From assembly GCA_963665935.1 (NCBI GenBank), contig OY762510.1:1256347-1320346 (forward strand): a stretch of 64,000 nt of DNA, read 5' to 3'. A program made the position numbers and the translations under genes. The notes beneath the pieces were generated by a model. That model ran no database searches. It was not told the origin of the DNA and saw only the letters and a program-made list of their open reading frames with translations. Within the stretch, counting starts at the first letter, position 1. Each line of letters starts with the position of its first letter. The DNA comes from an uncultured Syntrophus sp. (lineage in GTDB: Bacteria > Desulfobacterota > Syntrophia > Syntrophales > Syntrophaceae). Below, in pieces: positions 18,450 to 28,761 of this stretch.

Positions 18450-19663
18450 TTTTCCTTGATCTTGATCCGCGAACCGTCCCGCAGGCGGTCCGAGGGCTTC
18501 AGCACGACCCGGTCGCCGGGCTTCAGGCCGTCGAGGACCTCGACCAGGTCGCCGAAGGATTCACCCTGCTTCACTGGGATTTCCGAGATGCGGTCCTCTT
18601 TGATCAAATAGGCCACGAGACGGCCGTCCCGCTTGACCAGGGCGGAGGCGTTCACCGCCGTGCGCAGGCGCTGCTCGTCCTGCCGGGGCGGACGGGAGAG
18701 GAAGGCGACCTTGGCGCTCATCTCGGGCAGGATCCGGGGATCCGGGTCCAGAAACCGGACCTTGACCATGATGGTCGCCTTGGTCCGGTCGGCGGTGGGG
18801 ACGATCATGTGGACCTGCCCGCGGAAGCGGGTATCGGGCAGGGCGTCCAGTTGAATGTCACAGGGTTGCCCGATCTTGACGAGCGCCAGATTGGATTCGG
18901 CGACATCCGCCTCTACCTGCAGGGAGTTCAGATCCGCGATGGTCACGACGGCCGCCTTGGCGTTGGCCGCCGCGCCCAGGGGCGTGACGATGTCGCCGAT
19001 GTCGGCGTTTTTCGTCAGAACGACGGCATCGAAGGGGGCGCGGATCAGGTCATAATCCAGGGACACCTGGGCGGCCTTCAGGGCGGCTTCCCCGGCCTTC
19101 TGCGTTGCCTCCGCCGCGGCCACGGCGGCTTTGGCGCTCAGATAACGCGCCTCGGCCGTATCAAATTCCGCCCGGGAGATGACATCCCGCCGCAGAAGCT
19201 CCTTTTTCCGCTGGTAATTCTGAGTTGCGTCGTGAATTTCCGCCCGGGTCGAGGCCGCCTGGGCCCGGGTCGTGTTCAGATTGGCGGTGGCCTGATCACG
19301 CAGGGCCCTGGCGTCTTCATCCTCCAGGCGGGCGATGATTTCGCCGGTCTTGACCCGGCTTCCCTCCTCCACCGAAAGGGCAACCAGGCGTCCCGTAATT
19401 TTGGCGGCCAAGGCGGCCTTCCGCTGGGCCACGACGTACCCGCTGGCGTTCAGGAGGGAGAAGGTCTGGGAGGGATAGATCCGGGAGACACTCGTGACCT
19501 CCACGGAAACGGAGGGAGAAAGGTGTCCGGTAACATAGAGCAGGACAAGAATCAGAAGAAGGAGGACCGCGGCAATCCAGTAAAACGGGGAAATCCTTCG
19601 TCCTTTGCGCACTGTCCGGTCGGACTTGTCGATTTTCAGGCGGGTAAGGTCTTCCTGGACCAT
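18446..19663 (-). CDS. efflux periplasmic adaptor (HlyD/MFP family)
   Basis: 405 aa with an N-terminal TM anchor, a coiled-coil hairpin region and beta-barrel/lipoyl-like segments typical of MFPs. It is the first gene of the ABC exporter operon. Confidence 0.85.
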   Translation of the reverse strand: MVQEDLTRLKIDKSDRTVRKGRRISPFYWIAAVLLLLILVLLYVTGHLSPSVSVEVTSVSRIYPSQTFSLLNASGYVVAQRKAALAAKITGRLVALSVEEGSRVKTGEIIARLEDEDARALRDQATANLNTTRAQAASTRAEIHDATQNYQRKKELLRRDVISRAEFDTAEARYLSAKAAVAAAEATQKAGEAALKAAQVSLDYDLIRAPFDAVVLTKNADIGDIVTPLGAAANAKAAVVTIADLNSLQVEADVAESNLALVKIGQPCDIQLDALPDTRFRGQVHMIVPTADRTKATIMVKVRFLDPDPRILPEMSAKVAFLSRPPRQDEQRLRTAVNASALVKRDGRLVAYLIKEDRISEIPVKQGESFGDLVEVLDGLKPGDRVVLKPSDRLRDGSRIKIKEK

Positions 19664-19737
19664 GTGTTGAATACTCCCGAGGTAAAAGCCCGGATACGGG
19701 CAGATATTTTATTTCGATCCGAAATTGGAGGTACAGA

Positions 19738-20895
19738 TCACATCTTCCGGCGTCTGAAGAATCGGTCGGACAATCTCTGGAAAAGACCGCGGGGAGGATG
19801 TTTTCCCTTTCCCGAGACCCTTTCGAACTCCTTGAGGAGGCGTTTCTGGAGCGCCGAAAGTTTCCGGGGGATGACCACCCGGATCCGGACAATTTGATCT
19901 CCGTGGCCGGCGCCGTCGAGAATCGGCATCCCCCTGCCGGGAAGCTTGAAGATTGCCCCATGCTGCGTCCCCGGAGGAATGGCCAAAGGATCGTCCCCCC
20001 AGAGGGTCGGAACGGTAATCCTTGCGCCCAGGGCTGCCTGTGTCATGCCGATCGGAATCGTACAGAAAAGATCGTCGCCCTCCCGTTCAAAAAGGGGATG
20101 GCTTTCGACGACCATTCTCACGTAAAGATTGCCGGGCGGCCCTCCCCGACGGCTGGGCTGTCCCTCGCCGGACACAAAGAGTTGAGACCCGCTTCCCACT
20201 CCCGGCGGTATTTTTACGGAAAGGGGAACGGTCACTGGAACTTCTCCCGCTCCGCGGCAATCCGCGCAGGGAGATTCCAGGTATTGACCCTGTCCCCCAC
20301 AGGCCGAGCAGGTGACGATCAGGTGGAACAGGGAATCCCCACGGGAGATCGAGCCTCTGCCGGAGCAGACGGGACAGGTGATCCATCCGGTGCCCGGTTT
20401 CGCGCCGGAACCGCTGCAGGTCGGACAGATCCGGGTCCGCGGAATCTCCAGGGCAACGTCCTTGCCATGGGCGGCTTCCTCCAGGGTCAGGCTCAGGGAA
20501 ACGACCAGATCTTCCCCTCTTTCTTCCTCCTCCTCAGTCCGTCTCCTTCGTCCGAAAGGGAAATCCCAGAGTTCGTCGAAGATTCCGCCAAAGGCCCGGA
20601 AGATGTCCTCCGGCCGGGTGACGCCATGATAACCGCTACGCTCCAGACCTTCACGGCCGAACCGGTCGTAAATGCGCCGTTTGTCCGGATTGCTCAATAC
20701 TTCATAGGCTTCGGCGGCCTCCCGGAAGAGTTCTTCCGCCTCTTTGTTTCCGGGGTTGCGATCAGGGTGGCATTGCAGGGCCATTTTCCGGTAGGCCCTC
20801 TTGATTTCTTCCGGCGAAGCCTCCCTGCTGACCTGCAGAATCTCGTAATAATCACGCACGGGCGAATTCCTCCCGTCTGCTGAAAACGATGACAT
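19738..20895 (-). CDS. dnaJ: DnaJ-type co-chaperone (J domain plus four CxxCxGxG zinc-finger motifs)
   Basis: The J domain reads [34 protein letters not shown]. The zinc-finger motifs are [24 protein letters not shown] and CADCRGAG. Confidence 0.8.
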   Translation of the reverse strand: MSSFSADGRNSPVRDYYEILQVSREASPEEIKRAYRKMALQCHPDRNPGNKEAEELFREAAEAYEVLSNPDKRRIYDRFGREGLERSGYHGVTRPEDIFRAFGGIFDELWDFPFGRRRRTEEEEERGEDLVVSLSLTLEEAAHGKDVALEIPRTRICPTCSGSGAKPGTGWITCPVCSGRGSISRGDSLFHLIVTCSACGGQGQYLESPCADCRGAGEVPVTVPLSVKIPPGVGSGSQLFVSGEGQPSRRGGPPGNLYVRMVVESHPLFEREGDDLFCTIPIGMTQAALGARITVPTLWGDDPLAIPPGTQHGAIFKLPGRGMPILDGAGHGDQIVRIRVVIPRKLSALQKRLLKEFERVSGKGKHPPRGLFQRLSDRFFRRRKM

Positions 20896-20973
20896 TTCCT
20901 GATATGCTTTTTAAGATAGCGTGTTTTTTGTTGATAAGCAACGACTTCGTCGGGAAGCGTCCGCTTTGACTCA

Positions 20974-21006
20974 GAAAAAAACCTCCCGGCCACGACGGCC
21001 GGAAGG
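20974..21006 (-). terminator. rho-independent terminator after groEL
   Basis: The minus strand reads CCUUCCGGCC-GUCGU-GGCCGGGAGG followed by UUUUUUU. Confidence 0.7.
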
Positions 21007-21036
21007 TTTTTACAAGGGGGGAAAATCGCTTGTCGT

Positions 21037-22987
<1,951 letters not shown>

Positions 22988-23087
22988 TTCCTTGCCTCCT
23001 TAAAATTGTTATTTCATGTAGGATTGGCATGTCGGGCATGCCTGATTTTCTGAATGCTGCAGAACTTTTTCGCAGTTTAAACAGTGC

Positions 23088-23130
23088 ATAAGATAATCAT
23101 GGAATGCCACTTGTCAATAAATTGAAGGGG
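23088..23130 (-). promoter_or_regulatory. candidate groESL promoter (sigma70-like, overlapping a sigma32-like -35)
   Basis: The minus strand reads CCCCTTCAAtttaTTGACAagtggcattccatgatTATCTT. This gives TTGACA-N16-TATCTT. CCCCTTCAA differs by one base from the sigma32 -35 consensus CCCTTGAA. No CIRCE element was found. Confidence 0.35.
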
Positions 23131-23151
23131 ATTTTTTCTGCAGAGAATGCT

Positions 23152-23197
23152 CTTTTCCGGTCCTGTCCGGAAAAGAGCCCGGAACAGGACCGGAAAG
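23152..23197 (-). terminator. strong hairpin downstream of the hsp20 triplet (terminator candidate, no clear U-tract)
   Basis: The minus strand TTTCCGGTCCTGT pairs with ACAGGACCGGAAA, a 13-bp stem with a 17-nt loop. An alternative mutually exclusive 11-bp hairpin (CTCTTTTCCGG/CCGGAAAAGAG) overlaps it. Confidence 0.4.
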
Positions 23198-23257
23198 GTT
23201 GTCGCTACGAACCGGCCTGAAAGGTCAGTGATACAGGGATGTCAGCGTCTTGTGCTG

Positions 23258-23764
23258 TCATTCCGTAGTTATCGGAATTTTCTTGCCCTTGGTCTGGGCT
23301 TCCTCCGTTTTGGGAAGTTTGACGGTCAGGACCCCGTTTTTAAAGGTGGCCTCTACCTTTTCCAGGTTGATTCCCTTAGGCAGAGGAATCACCCGGTGGA
23401 AGGAACCATAGGTCCGTTCCAGGCGGTAATAGTCCTTTCCTTTATCTTCCTGTTCCTCTTTCTTTTCGCCTTTGAGGGTTACGGCATCGTCGGAAACCAG
23501 GACTTCCACGTCTTTTTCATCAATTCCGGGAATTTCGGCCTTGATGGTGAATTCTTCGTCACTTTCCCGTACGTCGACGGAGGGTGAAAAACCGGCATAA
23601 CGATCTTCCAGAGCGCCAAAAGGCTCAAGATCGAACCCCCGGAAGAAATCATCGAAAAGCCGATTCATTTCCCTCTGCAGCGAATAGAAGGGATGCTCCT
23701 CCTCACGCTTTGCAGGCGTTTCCGTTCTCCTCTTCAGGGAAGGCAAAAGACTTTTGATTGCCAT
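23258..23764 (-). CDS. Hsp20/alpha-crystallin small heat-shock protein
   Basis: 168 aa with an alpha-crystallin domain (VDVRESDEEFTIKAEIPGIDEKDVEVLV...GVLTVKLPK). Confidence 0.9.
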   Translation of the reverse strand: MAIKSLLPSLKRRTETPAKREEEHPFYSLQREMNRLFDDFFRGFDLEPFGALEDRYAGFSPSVDVRESDEEFTIKAEIPGIDEKDVEVLVSDDAVTLKGEKKEEQEDKGKDYYRLERTYGSFHRVIPLPKGINLEKVEATFKNGVLTVKLPKTEEAQTKGKKIPITTE

Positions 23765-23801
23765 GATTTGTTCCTCCTTCTTAATGTCTGTTCCTTATTC
23801 T

Positions 23802-24206
23802 TTATCCTGCCTTGATGGCTATTTTCTTTGCCTGAACAGGGGCAGCCTTGCGCAGGACGACTCGAAGCACGCCATTTTTGACGGATGCTTCAATGTTCCC
23901 CCTGTCTACGTCTTCTGAAAGGGTAAAGGTCCGCTGATAATCGCCGACATCGTATTCCGCGTAATACAAGCGGTGTTCCTGCGGCTCAACCTGCTCGACC
24001 GTTCCCTGAATTTTCAGAACATTCTTATCCAGGATGACTTCAACCGAATTTTCATCAACGCCGGGGACATCCGCGATCAGCACCATCGTTTCAGGCGTTT
24101 CGTAAATATCCACTTTTGGTGTAAAAATCTTCGTGTTTTTCGTCCGTTCCGATACGGCGGGTTCTGTCGCCGGCTGTTTTTCAAACTGTTTATATTCCTG
24201 AACCAT
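23802..24206 (-). CDS. Hsp20/alpha-crystallin small heat-shock protein
   Basis: 134 aa: VDIYETPETMVLIADVPGVDENSVEVIL...GVLRVVLRK. Confidence 0.9.
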   Translation of the reverse strand: MVQEYKQFEKQPATEPAVSERTKNTKIFTPKVDIYETPETMVLIADVPGVDENSVEVILDKNVLKIQGTVEQVEPQEHRLYYAEYDVGDYQRTFTLSEDVDRGNIEASVKNGVLRVVLRKAAPVQAKKIAIKAG

Positions 24207-24223
24207 GAGAAAACCCTCCTTCG

Positions 24224-24667
24224 CTATTCCGACTTGATGGCTATTTTACGGGGCTTGTCTTCTTCCGCCCGGGGCAGATGGATCTGCAGAATTCCCTTTT
24301 CATAGTTTGCTTCAACCTTTTCCTGATTGACGTTGAAGGGCAACTGCAGCCCCCGGCTGAAACGGCCGAAACCCCTTTCCTGACGATGATAACGGCATCC
24401 TTCTTCGAGTTGCTCCGGTTCTCTCGATCCCTTGAGGTACAGAAGGTCGCCCTTTGTGGTAATCTCAATGGCGTCGGGATCCATTCCGGGGAGCTCTGCC
24501 CTGACAACCACATCGTCCTCACCGATCCATACATTGACCGGCGGGTAATGCTGGTCATACTCCTGAGTCAGACCTGAAAAAAACCGATTCATGTCTTTAT
24601 GAAAGCGGGTCATTTCAGGAAACATATCCAACATTCTTCCCATTCTCCAAATTCCCGGTCCAAACAT
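24224..24667 (-). CDS. Hsp20/alpha-crystallin small heat-shock protein
   Basis: Sequence VNVWIGEDDVVVRAELPGMDPDAIEI...GILQIHLPR. I prefer the ATG at 24667 (MFGPGIW), preceded by GAAGGAGGAAG, over the track start at 24736. Confidence 0.88.
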   Translation of the reverse strand: MFGPGIWRMGRMLDMFPEMTRFHKDMNRFFSGLTQEYDQHYPPVNVWIGEDDVVVRAELPGMDPDAIEITTKGDLLYLKGSREPEQLEEGCRYHRQERGFGRFSRGLQLPFNVNQEKVEANYEKGILQIHLPRAEEDKPRKIAIKSE

Positions 24668-24722
24668 ATTGTCTTCCTCCTTCAATAGACTGATATCGTT
24701 AAGGATAACTCCTATTGGCACT

Positions 24723-24750
24723 AATATAGTCACCAAAGTTTAGTTGTCAA
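24723..24750 (-). promoter_or_regulatory. sigma70-like promoter of the hsp20 triplet
   Basis: The minus strand reads TTGACA-N16-TATATT, about 55 nt upstream of the ATG at 24667. Confidence 0.45.
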
Positions 24751-24889
24751 GGCAGGGGGAAAAAAGTGCGTTTCCTTTCCGCTGCGACAGCTTGTGCAGG
24801 GTTGTCGCGATGAAGGATCACCGTTGGGAGGGGTTAGGCGATTAAAACCGGGTAAGGGGATTCGTTAAGGGGTCGATATGGAGGTCCGG

Positions 24890-26617
24890 TCAGCGAAGGC
24901 CGGAGTTGACGGAGGAGCGTTCGAGCGAAGCCATGATCACCGTAAGATTCCCGGGAATGTTGTCGATATTGTAAATGTCCGGACGGAAATTGAGGTTGCC
25001 CTCTCGATCGATCCAGACCGTTTTATAAACGATGTGGACGGGAACAACTTTGGGAAGGATCAGGGTCTTGTTCTTTCCCTTCTGAATCTCGGCCTGAATG
25101 TTCCGGCTCGACCAGCGATTGTCGGACGAACCTTGCAGCAGATAGACGGCAAGATCCACGGGCTTTTCAATGCGGATGCAGCCATGACTGAAACTGCGCC
25201 GGCTCTGGGCGAACAGCCTGCGTGTGGGCGTGTCATGGATGTAAATGTCGGCTTCGTTGGAAAAGACGAACTTGACGCGGCCGAGAGGATTGTCCGGTCC
25301 TGGTTCCTGTCTCAGAAAGTAGGGAAATCTCTCGGTGGAATAGCGGGACCAGTTGATGGTTTCCGGAGAAATGGGGCTGTTTTGATAATTACCGCCCGCA
25401 AAAACCTTCATCTTCTTTCCCGAAAGGTATTGGGGGTTCTTCTTGAGCTTGGGAAGATATTCCTCCACGGCGATGGTCTTGGGCACTCGCCAGTAGGGAT
25501 TCAATTCGACCGAGGTGACCCGGCTGCTTAAAAGATTCGTTCGTTTGTTGGTCTTGCCGACGATGGCCCGGATGTTCATGACCACGTTCTGGTCTTCCAC
25601 CACTTCGAGGTTGAAGGCCGGGATATTGATCAGCAGGTGACGATTTCCCAGTTCTGTGGGCAGCCAGCGCAACCGGTCCAGATTGACGGCAACCTGACAG
25701 ATGCGGACTTCCACAGGGACGTTCAGATGCCGCAACGTGGGCGGACTGACGATGCCGTCTTCCCGCAGGCCATGTTGCCGCTGGAAGGAACGAACGGCGA
25801 TTTCCAACTCCCGGTCAAATACGTCATTGGGGATTGCCTGCGAAGTGTTCGGCGACCCTGAAGTCATCATCAGCCGGTTTCTCAGCAGATTGACCCGATA
25901 ATCACGCATTCCCTTTTTCAGCGGGCGGCCATCCGGGATAACAGGCCAGCCTCCATTTTCCGCGATATCAATGTAACTATTGAGTATTTCGTGAAGTTTC
26001 CGATAATCGTAAAACCGGGGAGCCAGATCGTTGAGGGTCCCTTCCAAGTTTTTGCTTTCCAGGGCATTGACCAGCGTTTTGACGAGATCGGTCTGTCTGG
26101 GTTTGTAAACCCAGCCGGGATATTGCTTTTGATGATCTGCCCTGCCGCCGGTAAAATGAGCGGCGTAAGAAAAGAACGCCTCCGTCAGCAGCAGATCAAG
26201 ATCTGCCAGACGTTCAGTGTTTAAGGGTCGATCCAGCTCCTTTTCCCGGGAAATCGCCGTCATCATGGTTTCGATGCGCTCGATGCCGTAATCCTGGGGG
26301 CACAACCCTTCCCGATAGGAGCGTTTCAAAATCCGCAGCAGCGTAACTGCCTGCGCATCCGGTCCTTCTTCTCCAATCCAGGCCGGCAGACCCTTCCGTT
26401 CCGAATAAAAGGTTTTCAGCAGCCGGACTGTATCCTCATCGTTGTAGGCGAAGTTCAACAGAGATCTTCCCGTTGCGGTTGCGACCCTCTGCTGGATACG
26501 ATCTGCGACCGTATCGGACGGGTTGCTTGCCGACAGCATTCCTGTGGTGATGAACCAGGTCAGGGCTGCCCCGATCAGGATCAGAATCTGGATAATATGG
26601 ACTCTCTTCAACCTCAC
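24890..26617 (-). CDS. L,D-transpeptidase (YkuD/YcbB-like) with a peptidoglycan-binding domain
   Basis: 575 aa with an N-terminal membrane anchor, a PG_binding_1-like segment (LEIAVRSFQRQHGLREDGIVSPPTL) and the catalytic motif IYIHDTP...SHGCIRIEKP. Confidence 0.88.
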   Translation of the reverse strand: MRLKRVHIIQILILIGAALTWFITTGMLSASNPSDTVADRIQQRVATATGRSLLNFAYNDEDTVRLLKTFYSERKGLPAWIGEEGPDAQAVTLLRILKRSYREGLCPQDYGIERIETMMTAISREKELDRPLNTERLADLDLLLTEAFFSYAAHFTGGRADHQKQYPGWVYKPRQTDLVKTLVNALESKNLEGTLNDLAPRFYDYRKLHEILNSYIDIAENGGWPVIPDGRPLKKGMRDYRVNLLRNRLMMTSGSPNTSQAIPNDVFDRELEIAVRSFQRQHGLREDGIVSPPTLRHLNVPVEVRICQVAVNLDRLRWLPTELGNRHLLINIPAFNLEVVEDQNVVMNIRAIVGKTNKRTNLLSSRVTSVELNPYWRVPKTIAVEEYLPKLKKNPQYLSGKKMKVFAGGNYQNSPISPETINWSRYSTERFPYFLRQEPGPDNPLGRVKFVFSNEADIYIHDTPTRRLFAQSRRSFSHGCIRIEKPVDLAVYLLQGSSDNRWSSRNIQAEIQKGKNKTLILPKVVPVHIVYKTVWIDREGNLNFRPDIYNIDNIPGNLTVIMASLERSSVNSGLR

Positions 26618-26690
26618 GAAAAATCCTTTTGCGCAATGATTGCGGCTGCTGTTCTTCAGCCTTCTGTCAAAACTTGAGATGGAGACCTTG

Positions 26691-27395
26691 CTATTCTTCC
26701 TTGATGTAGAACTGCATCTTCAGGCCCCCCACTTCCACAAGATCTCCGTCTTTCAGGTCATACCGGGATGTCATGTCCTGTCCGTTGATTTTCATGGATT
26801 TTCCCCCCGAGGGATTGATGAAGTACCCTTCTTTCCTCCGGTTGACCAAGGCGGCCACCTTGGGGGCAAAAAAGCCCTTGAGATGGATGCCCGCCCCATC
26901 TTCCTTTCCGATGGTCGTCACCCGCTCCTTCAGGAGATAATCCCTTTTTTCCGTGGAGCCATTCACGACCACAAAGCCGCCCAGGACGTCGGGCTTGGTC
27001 TTTCCCGTGGAAGCCAGAAGATTTCGCTGATCCTGCGGAGCAATCACCATGGTTTCATCCATGGATCTTCCCCTCAGGGTCGCATTTCTGGGATCCACTT
27101 CCCTGTTCCTTTCGGAAATCACTTCCAAGGTGTGAATTCCTACAAGAACCACGTCGCCGTTGAATATTTCACTTTTAAAAACTTTTTGTCCGTTGACATA
27201 CGTTCCATTGAGGCTGTTCGTATCCTCAATGTAGAGAGTATCCCCTTCATGTGTGAATTTTGCATGATGTCCGGAGACAGCCTGATTGTCAATCACAATA
27301 TCATTGTCCGGCTTTCTGCCGATGGTTATGACATCTTGCTCAAGGGGGATTTCTTTGACAACGGCTCCTTTAAATTTTAATAAAACCTCCGCCAT
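26691..27395 (-). CDS. protein with two FHA domains
   Basis: 234 aa with two FHA cores: ITIGRKPDNDIVIDNQAVSGHHAKF...NSLNGTYVNG and TTIGKEDGAGIHLKG...NPSGGKSMKINGQ. Confidence 0.85.
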   Translation of the reverse strand: MAEVLLKFKGAVVKEIPLEQDVITIGRKPDNDIVIDNQAVSGHHAKFTHEGDTLYIEDTNSLNGTYVNGQKVFKSEIFNGDVVLVGIHTLEVISERNREVDPRNATLRGRSMDETMVIAPQDQRNLLASTGKTKPDVLGGFVVVNGSTEKRDYLLKERVTTIGKEDGAGIHLKGFFAPKVAALVNRRKEGYFINPSGGKSMKINGQDMTSRYDLKDGDLVEVGGLKMQFYIKEE

Positions 27396-27398
27396 TCT

Positions 27399-28208
27399 TT
27401 ACCTCCTGAACCATCTAAAAAATTTGAGAACCGACGCAAACCGGCGCTTCTTGGCAAGGTAGCCGGCAACAACGGTGATATTGTCTTTCCCGCCCTTCTG
27501 GTTGGCCATGTTGATCAGTTCCTGGCACGCTACCGAGGGATTATCAAGAGATGTTGCCATGAGCAAAATGTCTCGATCGGAAATCATTCCGGACAAACCA
27601 TCGCTGCAGAGAATCAGTACATCGCCTTCCGCCAGCGTCATTTCGTCCAGATCGACATCTACGAAGGGAGCAATACCGAGCGCCCTTGTCAGTACATGCC
27701 GGATCGTGGACTGTTCCGCTTCTTCTTTGGTAATCAGGTCATGCTTAACCTGCTCATATACCAATGTGTGATCATCGGTCAACTGTTCAATTTCTCCCGC
27801 CCTGACCAGATAGATCCGACTGTCTCCCACGTGGGCGATGCTCAATTGTTTGCCCTGGATCATGATTGCCGCAAGGGTTGTTCCCATGCCGTGCAGTTGA
27901 GGGTCGCTCTTCGCCGCTTCATGAATGGCCTTGTTCGCCAGCTGAATCGCGGAACAAAGCTGATTCGTTGCATCGGAATAATTTTCATTGTAACAGGACG
28001 CGATTATGGGTGCATTGTTTTCGCTGGCTTTCTGGAAATAATCCCGAATGACATCCACAGCCATCTTACTGGCAATTTCGCCAGATGCATGTCCTCCCAT
28101 GCCATCCGCTACTGCCAGAATTCCCTGTTTCGGATCCAGAAAGTAGTCATCTTCATTATTCGGTCGGATGAGTCCTTTATCGGTTTGGCCGGCAATATTC
28201 AGCTTCAA
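27399..28208 (-). CDS. PP2C-family Ser/Thr protein phosphatase
   Basis: 269 aa with AVADGMGGHASGEIAS, LILCSDGL and GGKDNITVV. The start is TTG at 28208, preceded by AGGAGA. Confidence 0.9.
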   Translation of the reverse strand: MKLNIAGQTDKGLIRPNNEDDYFLDPKQGILAVADGMGGHASGEIASKMAVDVIRDYFQKASENNAPIIASCYNENYSDATNQLCSAIQLANKAIHEAAKSDPQLHGMGTTLAAIMIQGKQLSIAHVGDSRIYLVRAGEIEQLTDDHTLVYEQVKHDLITKEEAEQSTIRHVLTRALGIAPFVDVDLDEMTLAEGDVLILCSDGLSGMISDRDILLMATSLDNPSVACQELINMANQKGGKDNITVVAGYLAKKRRFASVLKFFRWFRR

Positions 28209-28215
28209 GATCGTC

Positions 28216-28761
28216 TCCTAAATTTTGAGATAGGCGGCAAGGTCATCAACGATCTCACCTCCGTGCTGATAGCGTTTATCCGCGTCCTTTTCCATGGCCC
28301 TGTTCAAGATGTCCGCAAAAAGTTCCGGGAGGTGAGGAGCCCTTTCCAGGAGCGGCTTGGGATTCGTTGAGGTGATTTTGTACATCAGGGTGCCGATGCT
28401 GTCTCCTTGAAAAGGCTTCTCCCCGGTCAACATCTCATAAAAAACGACCCCCAGTGAAAAAAGGTCTGAACGTCCATCGATCTTCTGTTCCTAAATTTTG
28501 AGATAGGCGGCAAGGTCATCAACGATCTCACCTCCGTGCTGATAGCGTTTATCCGCGTCCTTTTCCATGGCCCTGTTCAAGATGTCCGCAAAAAGTTCCG
28601 GGAGGTGAGGAGCCCTTTCCAGGAGCGGCTTGGGATTCGTTGAGGTGATTTTGTACATCAGGGTGCCGATGCTGTCTCCTTGAAAAGGCTTCTCCCCGGT
28701 CAACATCTCATAAAAAACGACCCCCAGTGAAAAAAGGTCTGAACGTCCATCGATCTTCTGT
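28216..28761. repeat. perfect tandem duplication, 2 x 273 bp (28216-28488 and 28489-28761)
   Basis: Base-by-base reading shows the two units are identical. Each contains the stop codon and the last roughly 90 codons of the CHASE2 kinase gene. The track ORF 28218..28433 is the ghost copy, and its 71 aa are identical to the kinase C-terminus. Confidence 0.9.

Noticed and set aside
23026-23042. The GGCATG-N5-CATGCC palindrome in the groES leader, considered as a defined operator or RNA thermometer.
   Set aside because: - It is a single 6-bp-arm palindrome that matches no operator I know.
- It does not sequester the Shine-Dalgarno sequence.
- It is mentioned only as context in the heat-shock finding.
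28218-28433. A 71-aa ORF identical to the kinase C-terminus, considered as a separate small gene.
   Set aside because: - It is the proximal copy of the 273-bp tandem duplication.
- It has no ribosome-binding site of its own.
- It encodes only kinase subdomains X-XI, so it is a ghost fragment rather than a gene.
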